Shown here: positions 27,452 through 39,400 of the stretch, piece by piece
Layout: the number at the start of each line of letters is the position of its first letter
Position numbering within the stretch: position 1 is the stretch's first letter
From: Shigella virus Moo19
Direction: 5' to 3' (one strand)
Length of the DNA: 64,000 nucleotides
Sequence record: MZ358387
The notes under the pieces: generated by a model
The model's database searches: none
What the model was told of the DNA's origin: nothing
Seen by the model: only the letters and a program-made list of their open reading frames with translations
Position numbers and translations under genes: made by a program

Positions 27452-28011
27452 TGCAAATCCCAATTCTCGGAGCAGACATCTCTCTTCGGAATTGGGGATT
27501 AGCAAGGGGTATGCTGGACATTGAGTCCGGCGTGTTTGAGAAGGTAGAACTCAAACTGGTTCAGACTGAAGTTGACCACAACAAGCAAGTCCGAACCAAC
27601 TCCAAAGACATTCAAGCTGCCCATGATATCTTCATTGGCGTTAAGGACTGGTTCATTGAAGACAAGCCCAAAGCTGTATTCATTGAAGTGCCTGTAGGCT
27701 CTCAGTCTGCTAATGGCATGAAGTCATATGGCTTGTGTGTCGGACTCGTTGGGGCATTCCGTGCATTGGGATGCCCCGTCTTCGAGGTATCCCCTACCGA
27801 AAACAAAATTGCACTGGCTGGTAATAAAACAGCCTCCAAAGACGTAATGATACGTACTGCCTACGAAATCTATCCTGAAGCTAACTGGCTCAAGGATAGT
27901 AAGGGTAAGTTGCTCAATAAGAATGAGCACTTAGCTGATGCAATCGGTGCAATCCATGCTGGTGTAAATCTGCCAGCGTTTCAAAACTTACTGAAAATGT
28001 TAAAGGCTTAA
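27451..28011 (+). CDS. RuvC-like Holliday junction resolvase
   Basis: TAATG overlap. RNase H-fold acidic residues in 'ILGADIS', 'VFIEVPVGS' and 'EHLADAIGAIHAG'. Confidence 0.5.
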   Translation: MQIPILGADISLRNWGLARGMLDIESGVFEKVELKLVQTEVDHNKQVRTNSKDIQAAHDIFIGVKDWFIEDKPKAVFIEVPVGSQSANGMKSYGLCVGLVGAFRALGCPVFEVSPTENKIALAGNKTASKDVMIRTAYEIYPEANWLKDSKGKLLNKNEHLADAIGAIHAGVNLPAFQNLLKMLKA

Positions 28012-28012
28012 C

Positions 28013-28510
28013 ATGCAAATCACACTGAACCAAGAAGAAGTACAGGCTGCGTTGCAGGCTCACGTTGACACACTTGTTAACGTAGCAGGTGATGCTCATA
28101 TCACCGTCAACGAAGATGGTACTGCCCTGGTTATTATCGGGGAGGAACATCATGAAGATACTCCACCCGTGGTAGATAAGCCAAAACGTACCCGTGGTCC
28201 GAACAAACGCAACCCTGCTGAAGCTAAGCATGTTCCTGTAGAAGCAAAAAAGGAACTGGAACAGCCTGCCGAAACCCAGACCTCGACTGGTGGTCAGAAC
28301 GAGAGTTCTACGCAGGAAGCTAAAGAATCCGAGCAGGAAAAGGATACTGAATCAACCGAGCAACTGAAAGAAGAAGCTACCGAGCAAGCTGAAGAAGCAG
28401 CATCGAAAGGGGCTTCTCAGGAAGCTGAAGTAAAACAGGAAGTTCAGGAAGAGAAGGCTGCTGAAGCTCCGGCTGCAAAACCTTCCCTGTTTGCTAACCT
28501 GAAACGTTAA
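28013..28510 (+). CDS. hypothetical protein with acidic low-complexity C-terminus
   Basis: ATG 28013. C-terminal half is rich in E/Q/K/A/T. Confidence 0.5.
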   Translation: MQITLNQEEVQAALQAHVDTLVNVAGDAHITVNEDGTALVIIGEEHHEDTPPVVDKPKRTRGPNKRNPAEAKHVPVEAKKELEQPAETQTSTGGQNESSTQEAKESEQEKDTESTEQLKEEATEQAEEAASKGASQEAEVKQEVQEEKAAEAPAAKPSLFANLKR

Positions 28511-28645
28511 TCTGGTAGGTGGCTCAGAAGCTGCTGCTATTTGTGGTAGTGTTCATAATTCTGATGCTATTGCTTATCAGGATTCTGGACGTGTCGGCTC
28601 CATACATAGCCTTTATCATCACTGTGATTATCCTCTGGAAATGCA

Positions 28646-28987
28646 GTGAAAAGTCCGGTGGTGACAAGCCGCCAGATTAATAACAACCGAACCAGTGTGC
28701 AGGAATACTCTCCCCTGTGCATTGGTTCAACTCGGATAAGTAATATGACTGTTCATCCTATGGAAGAGTACATTGATGCTCTTGTTACCTGTGAAATTGC
28801 CATGTTGATGGCCATCAAACACAAGGAGAATCCGAATGTTTCTGTAGCTTTGTGTGCTGCAAGGCAGTCACTTAAGTGCACTAACAGAATGAACAGGGAT
28901 TTGTTTCGTGAAGTCAGTAAATCTGAATTACCTGCTGTAATGGTCTATAGTTTCAGGACTATGCTGGATGAAGCAATTAGTAAATAG
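28646..28987 (+). CDS. hypothetical protein (start uncertain: GTG 28646 or ATG 28745)
   Basis: Open frame ahead of the tRNA array; no clear RBS at either start. Confidence 0.3.
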   Translation: MKSPVVTSRQINNNRTSVQEYSPLCIGSTRISNMTVHPMEEYIDALVTCEIAMLMAIKHKENPNVSVALCAARQSLKCTNRMNRDLFREVSKSELPAVMVYSFRTMLDEAISK

Positions 28988-29026
28988 TTGCACAAGCAGA
29001 TAAGTTTGTAGTATAAAGATTTCCAC

Positions 29027-29108
29027 GGGGGAGTAGTCAAGCGGTCGAAGACGGCAGACTGTAAATCTGTTATCCCACACGGTAGTTCGAATCTACCCTC
29101 CCCCACCA
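29027..29108 (+). tRNA. tRNA-Tyr (anticodon GUA)
   Basis: 7-bp acceptor stem gggggag/ctccccc, T-loop TTCGAAT, anticodon arm 'gcagaCTGTAAAtctgt', encoded CCA. Anticodon arm resembles E. coli tRNA-Tyr as I recall it. Confidence 0.7.
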
Positions 29109-29109
29109 C

Positions 29110-29184
29110 GGTAAGTTAGCTAATTGGTGAAGCGGCTGACTGTTAATCAGTGATAGAGTGGTTCGAGTCCACTACTTACCGCCA
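29110..29184 (+). tRNA. tRNA-Asn (anticodon GUU)
   Basis: Acceptor ggtaagt/acttacc, anticodon loop 'ctGTTaa', T-arm agtgg-ttcgagt-ccact, encoded CCA. Starts 1 nt after tRNA-Tyr. Confidence 0.75.
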
Positions 29185-29189
29185 CATTA

Positions 29190-29266
29190 CGGAGTTTAGC
29201 TCAGTCTGGTAGAGCATCTGCTTTGGGAGCAGAGGGTCGTAGGTTCGAGTCCTGCAATTCCGACCA
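29190..29266 (+). tRNA. tRNA-Pro (anticodon UGG)
   Basis: Acceptor cggagtt/aattccg (one G-U), D-arm gctc...gagc, anticodon loop 'ttTGGga', T-loop ttcgagt, encoded CCA. Confidence 0.75.
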
Positions 29267-29272
29267 AACAAT

Positions 29273-29348
29273 TAGGGGTTAGTTCAGTTGGTAGAACATC
29301 GGACTTTGATTCCGAATGTCACAGGTTCGAATCCTGTACCCCTTGCCA
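29273..29348 (+). tRNA. tRNA-Gln (anticodon UUG)
   Basis: Acceptor taggggt/acccctt (1:72 mismatched), anticodon stem tcgga/tccga, loop 'ctTTGat', T-arm acagg-ttcgaat-cctgt, encoded CCA. Confidence 0.7.
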
Positions 29349-29350
29349 AA

Positions 29351-29426
29351 TGCTTCATAGCTTAGTAGGTAGAGCACACCCCTGATAAGGGTGAGGTCAT
29401 TGGTTCAAATCCAATAACGGACGCCC
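29351..29426 (+). tRNA. tRNA-Ile(GAU)-like element with no acceptor stem (possible pseudo-tRNA or non-canonical tRNA)
   Basis: Intact D-arm, anticodon arm 'cacccCTGATAAgggtg' and T-arm 'attgg-ttcaaat-ccaat', but 5' tgcttca cannot pair with 3' aacggac. Starts 2 nt after tRNA-Gln. Confidence 0.35.
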
Positions 29427-29653
29427 AATTTGGCAGTAACATAGTCCTGATTGTATAGCACTCTAAAGACAACACTGGTAAGACAGTCCAGTGGCTGCTA
29501 ATATATTGTTATTCCCCTCGACGGGAATTTCGCTGGAGAATAGGAACTCCTTAAATCCTAGCCCTGATGAAGTAGTGGACTATCAATCCATCCTCGCTCT
29601 AGTGATGAGTACTACTGAATCTGCAAGCCTCCCAGCTATGGGTAAATAGTACT

Positions 29654-29689
29654 AAGCCCCTCAGAGCCGTCACTCTGGGGGGCTTTTTT
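29654..29689 (+). terminator. rho-independent terminator closing the tRNA/ncRNA region
   Basis: About 11-bp stem ('gcccctcagag'/'ctctggggggc') followed by TTTTTT. Confidence 0.7.
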
Positions 29690-29718
29690 ATTCGAACAAT
29701 ACAAACACTGAGGAACCT

Positions 29719-30141
29719 ATGGAACTCGAACAAAAGATTAAAGAAGCTGGTGCTGATAAAGCTCCACGTATTACCCCTGACCATATCCAGAGCAAAGTAA
29801 TTGCTAAGCACTTCTTCACAGCATTAGATGGTGCATCCACTCAGATGCGTAGCGAAGATAAGTTCTCGAACCAGGAAGTACAGTCACTGTCTCTACTGAC
29901 TTTCTGTGTACTGGTTCTGGAGAATGGCTTTACTGTTACTGGTGAGTCTGCCTGTGCATCCCCGGAAAATTTCAATGAGGAAATTGGACGTAAGATTGCC
30001 TATGACAATGCAATCGATAAAGTCTGGTTGCTGGAAGGTTACCTGCTTAAGCAGAATCTCCATGAGCAAGCTCAGAGCCAGGAAATGCTGAAGGGTTTTC
30101 TGGAAAACAATGAATGTGAGGGTGGGGGCTGTAAAATATAA
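29719..30141 (+). CDS. hypothetical protein (N4 gp49-like by position)
   Basis: GAGGAA then ATG 29719. Last substantial rightward gene before the strand switch. Confidence 0.4.
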   Translation: MELEQKIKEAGADKAPRITPDHIQSKVIAKHFFTALDGASTQMRSEDKFSNQEVQSLSLLTFCVLVLENGFTVTGESACASPENFNEEIGRKIAYDNAIDKVWLLEGYLLKQNLHEQAQSQEMLKGFLENNECEGGGCKI

Positions 30142-30377
30142 TGTCGTTAACTGAAATCATCCGAAATTCTATTATCGAAACGGATACCCGTGGCAAAGCC
30201 TTTGACTTTATTCAACGCGAAGCAGGTGTACCCCGTATCGTAGCTAAGAGACTACTGTTCTCTTTCCTCTGGTTCCCTACTGAGGAAACACTCCAGAAGA
30301 TTAAAGATAGTGGTGGTGATGATTTACCTGCCGATATCAAAAGCAACCTGGAAAGTGCAGTAGCAGCAAAGCTGTAA
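30141..30377 (+). CDS. hypothetical small protein
   Basis: TAATG overlap; 78 aa. Confidence 0.45.
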   Translation: MSLTEIIRNSIIETDTRGKAFDFIQREAGVPRIVAKRLLFSFLWFPTEETLQKIKDSGGDDLPADIKSNLESAVAAKL

Positions 30378-30383
30378 AAATTA

Positions 30384-30412
30384 AAGCCCCTCTAATGAGG
30401 GGCTTTTTTATT
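30384..30412. terminator. bidirectional rho-independent terminator at the strand switch
   Basis: Stem 'aagcccctc'/'gaggggctt', loop 'taat', flanked by A-run upstream and T-run downstream. Sits between convergent genes. Confidence 0.65.
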
Positions 30413-33400
30413 TTAGTTTACCAGATTCATCCAAGGGTTGAGGTTATGAGCACGTAAGCCCTGACCCAATCCGATAGAGTAATCCAGTCTACCATCAGCA
30501 GCAGCCGAGAACAGGTTATCCTGTAATGGCAGACCAACGTTACCAAACATGGTAGGAGTTGGAGCCAGCATAGCCATAGCTGCATGAACAGGGTTATTAC
30601 GAATCATGGACACTGCAACTTTAGTAGAACGAATCTTAAAGTTATAGAACCACATCAGACCCATGCTTTCCATGTAACCACGGAAACGACCCGGCAGACG
30701 GTCATAGTTAATGAACTCTTCGGTAACACGACCCAGAGCTTCTTCCTTACTCTTACCTTTACGCTTAGTCAGTTCATCATAGATGATTGCTTTAGCAATA
30801 AAGTCAGAGTACTCAACCGTCTTCTGGATACCCTGGAACAGAGCAGTATCCTTAGTGATAAGTGCATAACGACCAGCAGTTTGCAGCTTCTTAGGCAGCT
30901 TATCTGCTAAACGCTGCATGTACTCCTGTACCTTACCATCCGGGATTAACAGGTCATCACGAGAGATACCAGCATCAGCAATAGAAGAGAACTCACCAGC
31001 TTCCAGCAAAGGCCAGATACTCATACGCTTATAGCTATCATTGATGGACTGAATCTCAGCTTTCAGTTTACGAGCCTGGTTCGGATTAGTAGTTGCACGA
31101 AGTTCTGCTTCAGCATCAACCTGGCGAAGACGAGACTTCATATACTGGTTAATCTCAGCAGTCTTCTGAGGGATACCTTTAGCAATATCCTTAACTGGAA
31201 CACCACGGGCAACCATCTGATAGAGGTTAGCCAGGAAGTTCACAGCAGGAACCACGAGAGACTTGACCACGATTAAGGTCTTAGCCTCACGTACAACCGT
31301 CTGAGTGATATTCTCACCCTGCATAAAGTATTTGTATGCACGGTTGCCAAATACGCCCAGCATTGCTTTCTTGAAGGTATCCAAAGTCTCAGGTGACCAA
31401 CGAGAGTTACCAGTCCATACATCACCAACAGAAGCAGCACGATAACCAAGTGCATCATTCAACATGTCACGACGTACCCACAGTTCACCATTACCAAACA
31501 GTGACTCAGCTTTCTGACGAGTTTCTGCATTCATCAGACGCATAGCATCAGCAGTAACTGGGTCAAGTTTAGAACCAAGAAGGTTAATGTACTGGCTCTT
31601 ATTGCTGGTAGAATCTGCCATGTCCTTCTCGTACATAGCGTGAAGATTTTCAATCAGAGCATCGTTAAACTTCTGGGCTTTAGCTTCTTCTACCTGACGA
31701 CCTCGCCATACACCAATTGCTTTAGCAAGGTTATCCTCACCAGCAATGTGAGTCAGCATGTTAGGGTCAATAGAGTGCTCATAAGCAACCACACGACCAT
31801 TGCCATCATAGATAGGCATCAGTGGTTCATTACCACGTTCACCCTTCGCCAGAGCTTTGGTGATACGGTCAACGGAAGGCTTGTCAGTAATACGACCAGC
31901 AACCATTGTTCCCATTGTGAAGCCAGTACCAACATCCACACCACCAGCAGTATTACGAACGTTCTGGAGAATACCCTGTGAGTATGGAGCACGAGCAGCA
32001 ACCGGGCTGAAGTAGTAACCACGACTACGAGTACGTTCACCAGAGCTACCCTGATAACCAGCAATACGAGTGAATGACTTCTCACTCAGTTCGTTAAACT
32101 GGCTGTCTTCTGCAACAATCAGGTTAACACCCTGCTTAGTCTCAGAAGGAATGTAGCCTTTGTAGTGGTTCAAACGAGCACGGTCATCATTCTGTGCTTT
32201 ACGTTTCTCTTCCACACGCTGGCCTACCAGATAGGAAGTGACAAAGTCCATACCTTCGGTTTCAGTCTGAGCCAGGGAAGCTAATGCCTCACGGTCAGCC
32301 TGACTCATTGCTTCGATGGCATACAGAGTAATCAGCTTGTCTAAGGTGTCCACATCAACGGTAGATTTAACGCTGGTACGCTCACCTAACAGACGGGAGA
32401 TTGCCTCAGCATTACGCAGCAGGTTGTTACCGACAGTACCATTAATCATGTACTGAGCCAGTTGCTTAGACTTACGGTTAATCAAAGGCCAGTTACGTCC
32501 TGCCTGATTCTGGAGGTCAGCTTCCAGCTTATTAACCAGCTTATCCATTTCTTTCTGTGAAGACAGCAGGTCACGAATTTCACCCAGACTCATGGTGTCA
32601 CGCAGTACAGCAAGGTCAGTTTTACCCATACCAGTGTGCATAGCTTTCCACTCTGCATCAGTCAGCTTACGGCTGAACTTAGAAGCAATAGTGGTAGGCA
32701 GATGCTCACGGAATTGCTGACGGTCAGCCTGTACCTGAGAGCGAACAGCTTTAATCATGTCATAGACAGAAGCATTCGACTTAGTACGACCTACGATGTC
32801 ATTAACCAGGTCATAGAAAGGTTGCCATGCTTTTCCCTGGTTCATTGCAGCCATAACACCCTGTGCAACTTTCTCACCGTTCTTCTCAGTAGCAATAGCA
32901 GCTACCAATTGAGCAGCATGAGCAGTTGCCTTAACCAGTGGGTTCTTAGCATTAGCAGCAACATCACGAGCAGTATCCAGTGTGGCATCAGCCAGACGTT
33001 CTACACCATCAACAATATATTGGTTAGCACGGTCAATCATATTCCCAGTTGGGGTAGCAACAGAGTCATAGAAGGACTGAGCATTCAGGCTGGATTCCAT
33101 AATAGTTTCTGCCAGAGCATCAATACCTTCCTGAACGTTAGTTGCTTTGGTATCACCAGCAACACGCTTGTTCAGGCTATCCATTGCAGCTACGCCAATG
33201 TTAGTCAGCATTGCATCAATAGTATTACCGGATGCTTTATCTGCTTTCATAACAGGCATGTCAGTCAGTACGTTACGTACCTCTTCGCTTACCATTGCCA
33301 GACCAACAAAGGTAGGCAGTAAGGAAGAACGACCCTGAGCATCAAACTCAATATTGTTAGCACCCATCAACGTATCGAACTTCTGTTGAGCATAGTAACG

Positions 33401-36400
33401 GTCAGCAGGGTTAGTGCTGTTCGGGTCTGCCATGAAGTCTTCTACTTTCAGGTTCTTGGTAACGTGAGTGTAATACTCCTGAGCACGAGCCAGAGCAGCA
33501 GGATGAATTGCAGCCTCAGTTGCTAGTGCAGCAACAATGTTGGTGAACAGACGACGTTCTTGCATGTTCATAGTAAAACCATGCCCCTGAACATCACGAG
33601 TTACCTTAACTGCATTCACTACTGCGTCAGAGAATTTACCCTTACGCATATGTTGCTGTACCGGGTCATTACCCAGGTAGTTCGTAATGAGACGGTCAAA
33701 GGTTTGACCCAGTGAAGTAAGACGGTCATTGTTGCCATAAGCAGTGCTATGGAACAGGGTAGCCTCAGCAGTAACCGGAGCAACCGGAGGCTGTGAACGC
33801 ATCACTACAGCAGAGTTAAACAGCAGACCGGAGAACATATCTTCACCGTAAGCAGGGGCTTTCTTACGACCAAAAATGAGGCGTTTAATTGCTTCATAAA
33901 CATCTTTAACCATCCTGGTAAGAGCAGTGGTTTTCTTCTGCTTCTTAATCAGTTCATGGTTGGTTAAGCCCCATGCCATGTACTCATTCAGTGCAGCAGC
34001 TTTAGCCATTGCTGGGTCAATGAAACCGTTGGACAGATGACCATTGATAGTATCCAGTGCATCAGCGTAAGCCTCACGCATAGCCGGAGTATCTTTGGAT
34101 ACATCCAGACTACGGAACTGTTCCATCAGATTCTCGATGTTCTGTACAGCTTCATTGGTCTGGCCTTGATAGTGGTCAAGTACAGTCTCAAAAGTAGAAG
34201 CATGAACCAGTTCATGAATCAAGGTTTCCATTGATGGGCTAACCAGGTAGACAGTCTTATCTGCAAAGTTAGTCCAACCATAGATATTACCTGCATTTGC
34301 AGCTTCAATATCTTCTGGAGCAGGACGCTCTACGTTACGTTCCATTGCATACTGGTCAATCTGGTTCACGTTACCGTAAACAACCTTGTAGCCTTTAGCA
34401 GCCAGTGACTTCTGAATCTCATTCAGTACAGCAGCCTGTTCAACAGGAAGGTTGGACTCTTTAGCCAGTTTGTTAATAGCAGTCTGAGACAGCACACGAA
34501 CACCAGACTTCAGAGCACGGCCTACAGTATCAAACTTATTAGTATCGGCTACTGGAGTCTTCTCAGCTTTACGAGCCTCTTTACGAGCCTGCAATTCAGC
34601 ATCGAATAGCTCATTCAGTTTTGCTACTTGCTGGTCAACAGTCAGACCATCCAGAGAGATATTACCGTTGTTCACATAAGGGGAACCAACAGCAGCCATC
34701 TGGTCAACAGTAGTCTGTACCTGGTTCATTACCTTGTGACGGATATCGACACCCAGAGCAATGTTACGCAGGTTACGCTCAATAAGATTAACACCTGCTT
34801 TCTCAATCATATCAATCTTATACTGCCTGTCACCATCAACACGACTGATATGAGAAAGTTGTTCAAAATCCAAAGCAGAACGGGCAATACTATCAATTGC
34901 TTCATCTGATAACTTATTGAAATCTACATTTTTTACAAACTTAGAGAAGGAGTCATACACATTCTTGATAGGGTTACCCTGCCATGAAGTGTATACAGCT
35001 TCGTTAGCCTTACGGCTTGCATCAGTGATGTCATTGATACCGATGTTCATACCATCAAAGATTTTGAGAGTATTTTTCGGTGCACCTTTCATAATAGAAA
35101 GGGTCTGCATCATCATGCCGTCACCAGTACCAATCGTCATGAAAGGAATACCAGCAACACCAGCTTGTGACGGTGCATAGATGCTCATTGGCACACGCAT
35201 ACGGTCATCAAAGTTGGTAGCCAGAACCTGGTTAGCAACATCAGTATTCTCAGAACCAGCAATGTAGAAAGTCTGGGAACCAGTCTCAATCATTGGAGCT
35301 AAGTCAGACAGTGAAGCCTGAATATCGTTAAGCTCTTTCTGAGTTAAGAAGTCACCCTTCTTCCAGTTAGGGTCTTTTTCTTTTTCTGCCAGCTTCTCCT
35401 GGACACGTTGCTGGAACATGTCTTGCAGAACCAGAGACTGAATCTGGGTAGCTTTCTGAAGCTGTTCAGTGGAGTGCATCAGCCCTTCACCAACAGTATT
35501 CTGAATACCCTGTCTCATTGGTTCAACGAAAAAGTGCAGCATGTTCTCTTGCAGAGACTTCAGTTGCTCACCTTTGACAGTGAACTTCTGAGGGTCAATC
35601 TTGCCAGACATAGCAGTACCAGTGTCTTCAAGAGACAGTTTACCTTTACGCATAACTGGAACAGTACCAGTCAATGCTTTCATGTCTTCAATGAAACGAC
35701 CGAGCATAGCCTCAGCATCGGCCTCAGATGCTGCCTGCTTGCCGAACATTGCCATAGCCGGGGAAATGTCCGGGTTCTGTGCACGGGCTTGCAGAACGTC
35801 GCTGAAGCGTTCGTAGATGGCATCAGTAATTGCACTCACCATCTTGCCTGCAATACCACGAGCACCGGAACCATAAATGGTAATGGTCAGTGGGTTCTTG
35901 GCAATGCCACGTTTCAGTTCGAGGTTGCCTTCTTCATTGATGTTATAGTCAGGAATGAACAAGTCCATCAGAGAGGACAGATGATTCATCTGAGTATTAA
36001 CAGCCGGGTTATTGGCATAGGTATTTCGCAGGTTAGTCAGTGCAGCTTTCAGACCGTTAGTGGATGCTTCGTACAGGTCAACGCTATCGTCAATAGAACG
36101 ATGTTCGTTCATCGTCTTACCAGCACGACCAAAGAATAGACCACCCTTAGCAGTATTCTGTACCCATTCTTTGGTGAACTTACCACCAGTCATCAGCATC
36201 ATTGCGTTAATCGGACCGTTGGTTACACCATCAGCCTCAACGTACAGTGGAGTGTTGAACTTAGACTTGTCTTCAGCATTCAGGTAACGGGCATACTCCA
36301 TCAGAGCCATGAGAGCTACGAAGGATTTATCACCACCCAATGCAGTATTCAGAATCTCAACAGAGTTATCTGGCAGGTTCCCAGTTTTATCGAAATCAAC

Positions 36401-39400
36401 CATCATATCGACAGCAGGTTTCAAATTGCCTTCCAGTGCAGCAGTCAGTTTTGCTGACATTGCCTCACGAGACATGTTGTGAACCTTGATGCCCAATGCC
36501 TGAGCCAAGCCAACCTGGAAATCAGAGAAGGTCTGTGAGTTTTCATTGGACAGGTCAATAGTAGAAAACGTAGGCAGAATAGCTTCACGAACCAGCTTAC
36601 TGGACTGAGGATTATTCTTACCAAGCATCTGCATACGACCAACACGAGTCATGTTGTAGGCATAGTGGATTGGAGTTTCCAGTCCGTTTTCCTGTGCACG
36701 AGTTTGCTCTACCACACTAAACAAGGAATCATAAGCCATAGCTACTGACAGGTTTTTACCTTCCAGTGACTTAGCAGTATTCACATTCAGCAGTTCAGGA
36801 TTAAGCGTACCAGCACCCATCAATTCCAGAATCTTGTCACGACCCATAGCCTCATAGAAGTTAACCATAGGTTCATGAATACGGAACTCAGTAGCCTGTT
36901 CTGCTTTCAGAGCAGCTTTCTGTTCCGGGGTATTCTTAACAGCAGGGTTGCGTAACTGAGTCTGAGCCACAGAAGGTACGTCGTCACCGAAGTACATTTT
37001 CTCTTCTGGTTCTACCAACACAGCTTCTTCAATTGCTGTAGGGAATTTATTGATAGGGTCATTGTCTGCCAGCTTATCAATGGTATACAGACCAACAGTC
37101 TTAGTGGAGTCTGGGTCAATTTCAGAGACATCTAGCATAGTCTCAGTAACTTCACCTGCTTCAATAAGAGCAGACAGAATCTCAGTTGCCATAGCAACAG
37201 GGATACCTTTGGTATAACCCAGTGGTGCATTAGGGTTACGGTCAAAGCCCCAGTAAGATTCAATTTTCTGAGCCAGTGAGTTAGTAGCTTCAACGAGAGT
37301 CTGAGCATTCTCAAACATCTCAACTACACCTTCCGGTAACAGAGCCTGTTCAATACCAGTAATAGCAGCCACGTCTTTAGCATCTTTAACGGCAGCATTC
37401 TGAGTAGCAGTCAGTCGCCATTGCAGACCAGCAAGTACGGCAGTTTCAAGCAGAGAATCGTTGAACTTAAAGCTATTGCCATCTGGTTCAACAATATTCA
37501 GCAGCTTACCACCAACCCAACGGTTAGCTTCAGTGCCCTCAGCAAAACGCTTACCTACGTTCTTGTTAGACAGGAACTTAGCCAGTCGGTCATTCAGAAT
37601 GGATTTAATGTTTTCACCCGTGTTCATCAGGTCTTTATAACGACCAGATACATCAGGGGTAAGAGCAGTATTCTCACTCTGAGTAAACGTTTCGAAACGT
37701 GCATTAGAAGACAGAGCCTGACCAATATCTTTCATTGGAGACTCGGAACCAGTGGTACGAGACTTAGGTTCAGCAGGTAATGAGTAAGCAATCTTGAGGT
37801 AATTTTTTACCCCAGGCTGGCTGACATCAGTACTCCCAACCAAATCAGGATAAGCAGCGTCAATACCACTACGAGTGGATTCCACTTCATTAGTAGTTTC
37901 CTCAGTATTTTCAGTAACATCCTCGATGCTACCCTCATTGATGAGGGTAGCATCCTTTGCCTTTTCGGATTGAGGCTTAGTTACTTTCTCTGGTTCTGCC
38001 TTAGACTCAGTAAAAGGAGCACTATTTTCTACCGTCGATTCCCTATTAGGAGTTACAGTAGGTGCAGCCTCCTGAGTTTGTGCAGGAGTTTCGTCAACTT
38101 GATTCACTGGTTCATTAGTCTGTTGGGATTGAGCAGCGTCAAGATTGCCCTGACGGAACTCTTTAACCACCTGGGCAGCAGGCTTGTCCAGACGTGAATC
38201 CAATGAGGTAACATTGATATGAGAAACGTTAAGCTCCGGGTAAGCCGTAGCAAGTGCATTAGCAATATCAGCTACGGTTTTGGCTTCCAGTCCTACTTGC
38301 TGGGCAAACTTAACCGACTTGGTATCGTAAGGATTAACACCGAGTCCAGTACGACTTCTTACCCATTCACGGGAAGGGGTGAGGGCTTGGTAATGGACAG
38401 ACTTATTCTTATCCGCATTCCCAGAAATCAGATGTTCATTCAACGCTCCGACCTTGTTCTGCATGTGCTGGGCGAACTGCATAAAGTCGCTCAAATAAGC
38501 GGAAGCCAAATCGAAGTTACCAGAGTTATACGCAGACCGAATGCGTTTAGCATGTTGCAACGCAGAGTACTGGCCTTCATTAGAACGAGACTCGTCGGTT
38601 TTAATCTGTTTACCCACAATGTCTTGAGGCCGTAAACCAAGCTGTTCAGCTTTGGTATCAAACTCACGTGCTCCCTGTAATAGAGCAGCAGCGGATTGCA
38701 GGGCAGCACGTTGACGATTGTTCAACGTAATCTTGCCTTCACTCGCATGTTTCAGAACCATGTTCACTGAATCAGCGTCCAGTACTTCCGGGCTTACGTC
38801 AGCAGCCATTGCTACGTTGTTAGCCTGATTCTGGTCTGCTACATCTTCGGTCACATTCAGATTACCTTGTTCAGCTTGTTCCTGAATCATGGAATGAATG
38901 GCACGGAATGCACGAAGTACCTTTGGAGTATTCTGGATGTTAGCCATCAGACCCGAATACTGGTCGAGCACAGCATTAGCAGGACTATCTTTAGGCAGAT
39001 TGTTCAGTGCAGCAGGGTCACGGTTAACGAAGTCTTCCATCTGCATAACCATGTCGTACATATTGGCAGCAGCTTCCATCATCTGGTTCGGGTCTTCAGT
39101 AGTGTTAACTACATCAGCCAGTTTCTGGATTACCTGAACTCGGTCAGTGGAACCGTTAACAGCTTCCTGAACCACAGGAGAAGCATCAGCAAATTCTTCC
39201 GGGTTAATACGGGTAGCATTAACCAAATCACTTGCATACTGGTGTGCAGCAGCCTTCTCTTCAGGAGAGATGTCCATTGCTTCAACAGCATCAGCCATAG
39301 TTGCCTGAGCAGTATCTGCTTGTGCAGCAGCTTCCTGAGCAGCCTCAGCTACTTTAGCGTCAGCAACAGGAGAAGCCTCTTCATTGCGTCGTGCAACTTC

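Noticed and set aside
26663-27505. 280-aa minus-strand ORF antisense to the SSB-like gene
   Set aside because: It is fully antisense to a plus-strand gene with good RBS and coupling, in a region where every supported gene is rightward. Its product is low-complexity, so it is most likely a codon-mirror artefact.
29599-29811. 70-aa minus-strand ORF overlapping the gp49-like gene start
   Set aside because: It overlaps a terminator and the RBS/start of a well-supported plus-strand gene, and the local context is all rightward.
32636-36139. Plus-strand ORFs of 228-243 aa inside the vRNAP gene
   Set aside because: They lie entirely within the 10.4-kb minus-strand vRNAP ORF, have no RBS, and are Ser/Thr/Cys/His-rich in the way antisense frames usually are.
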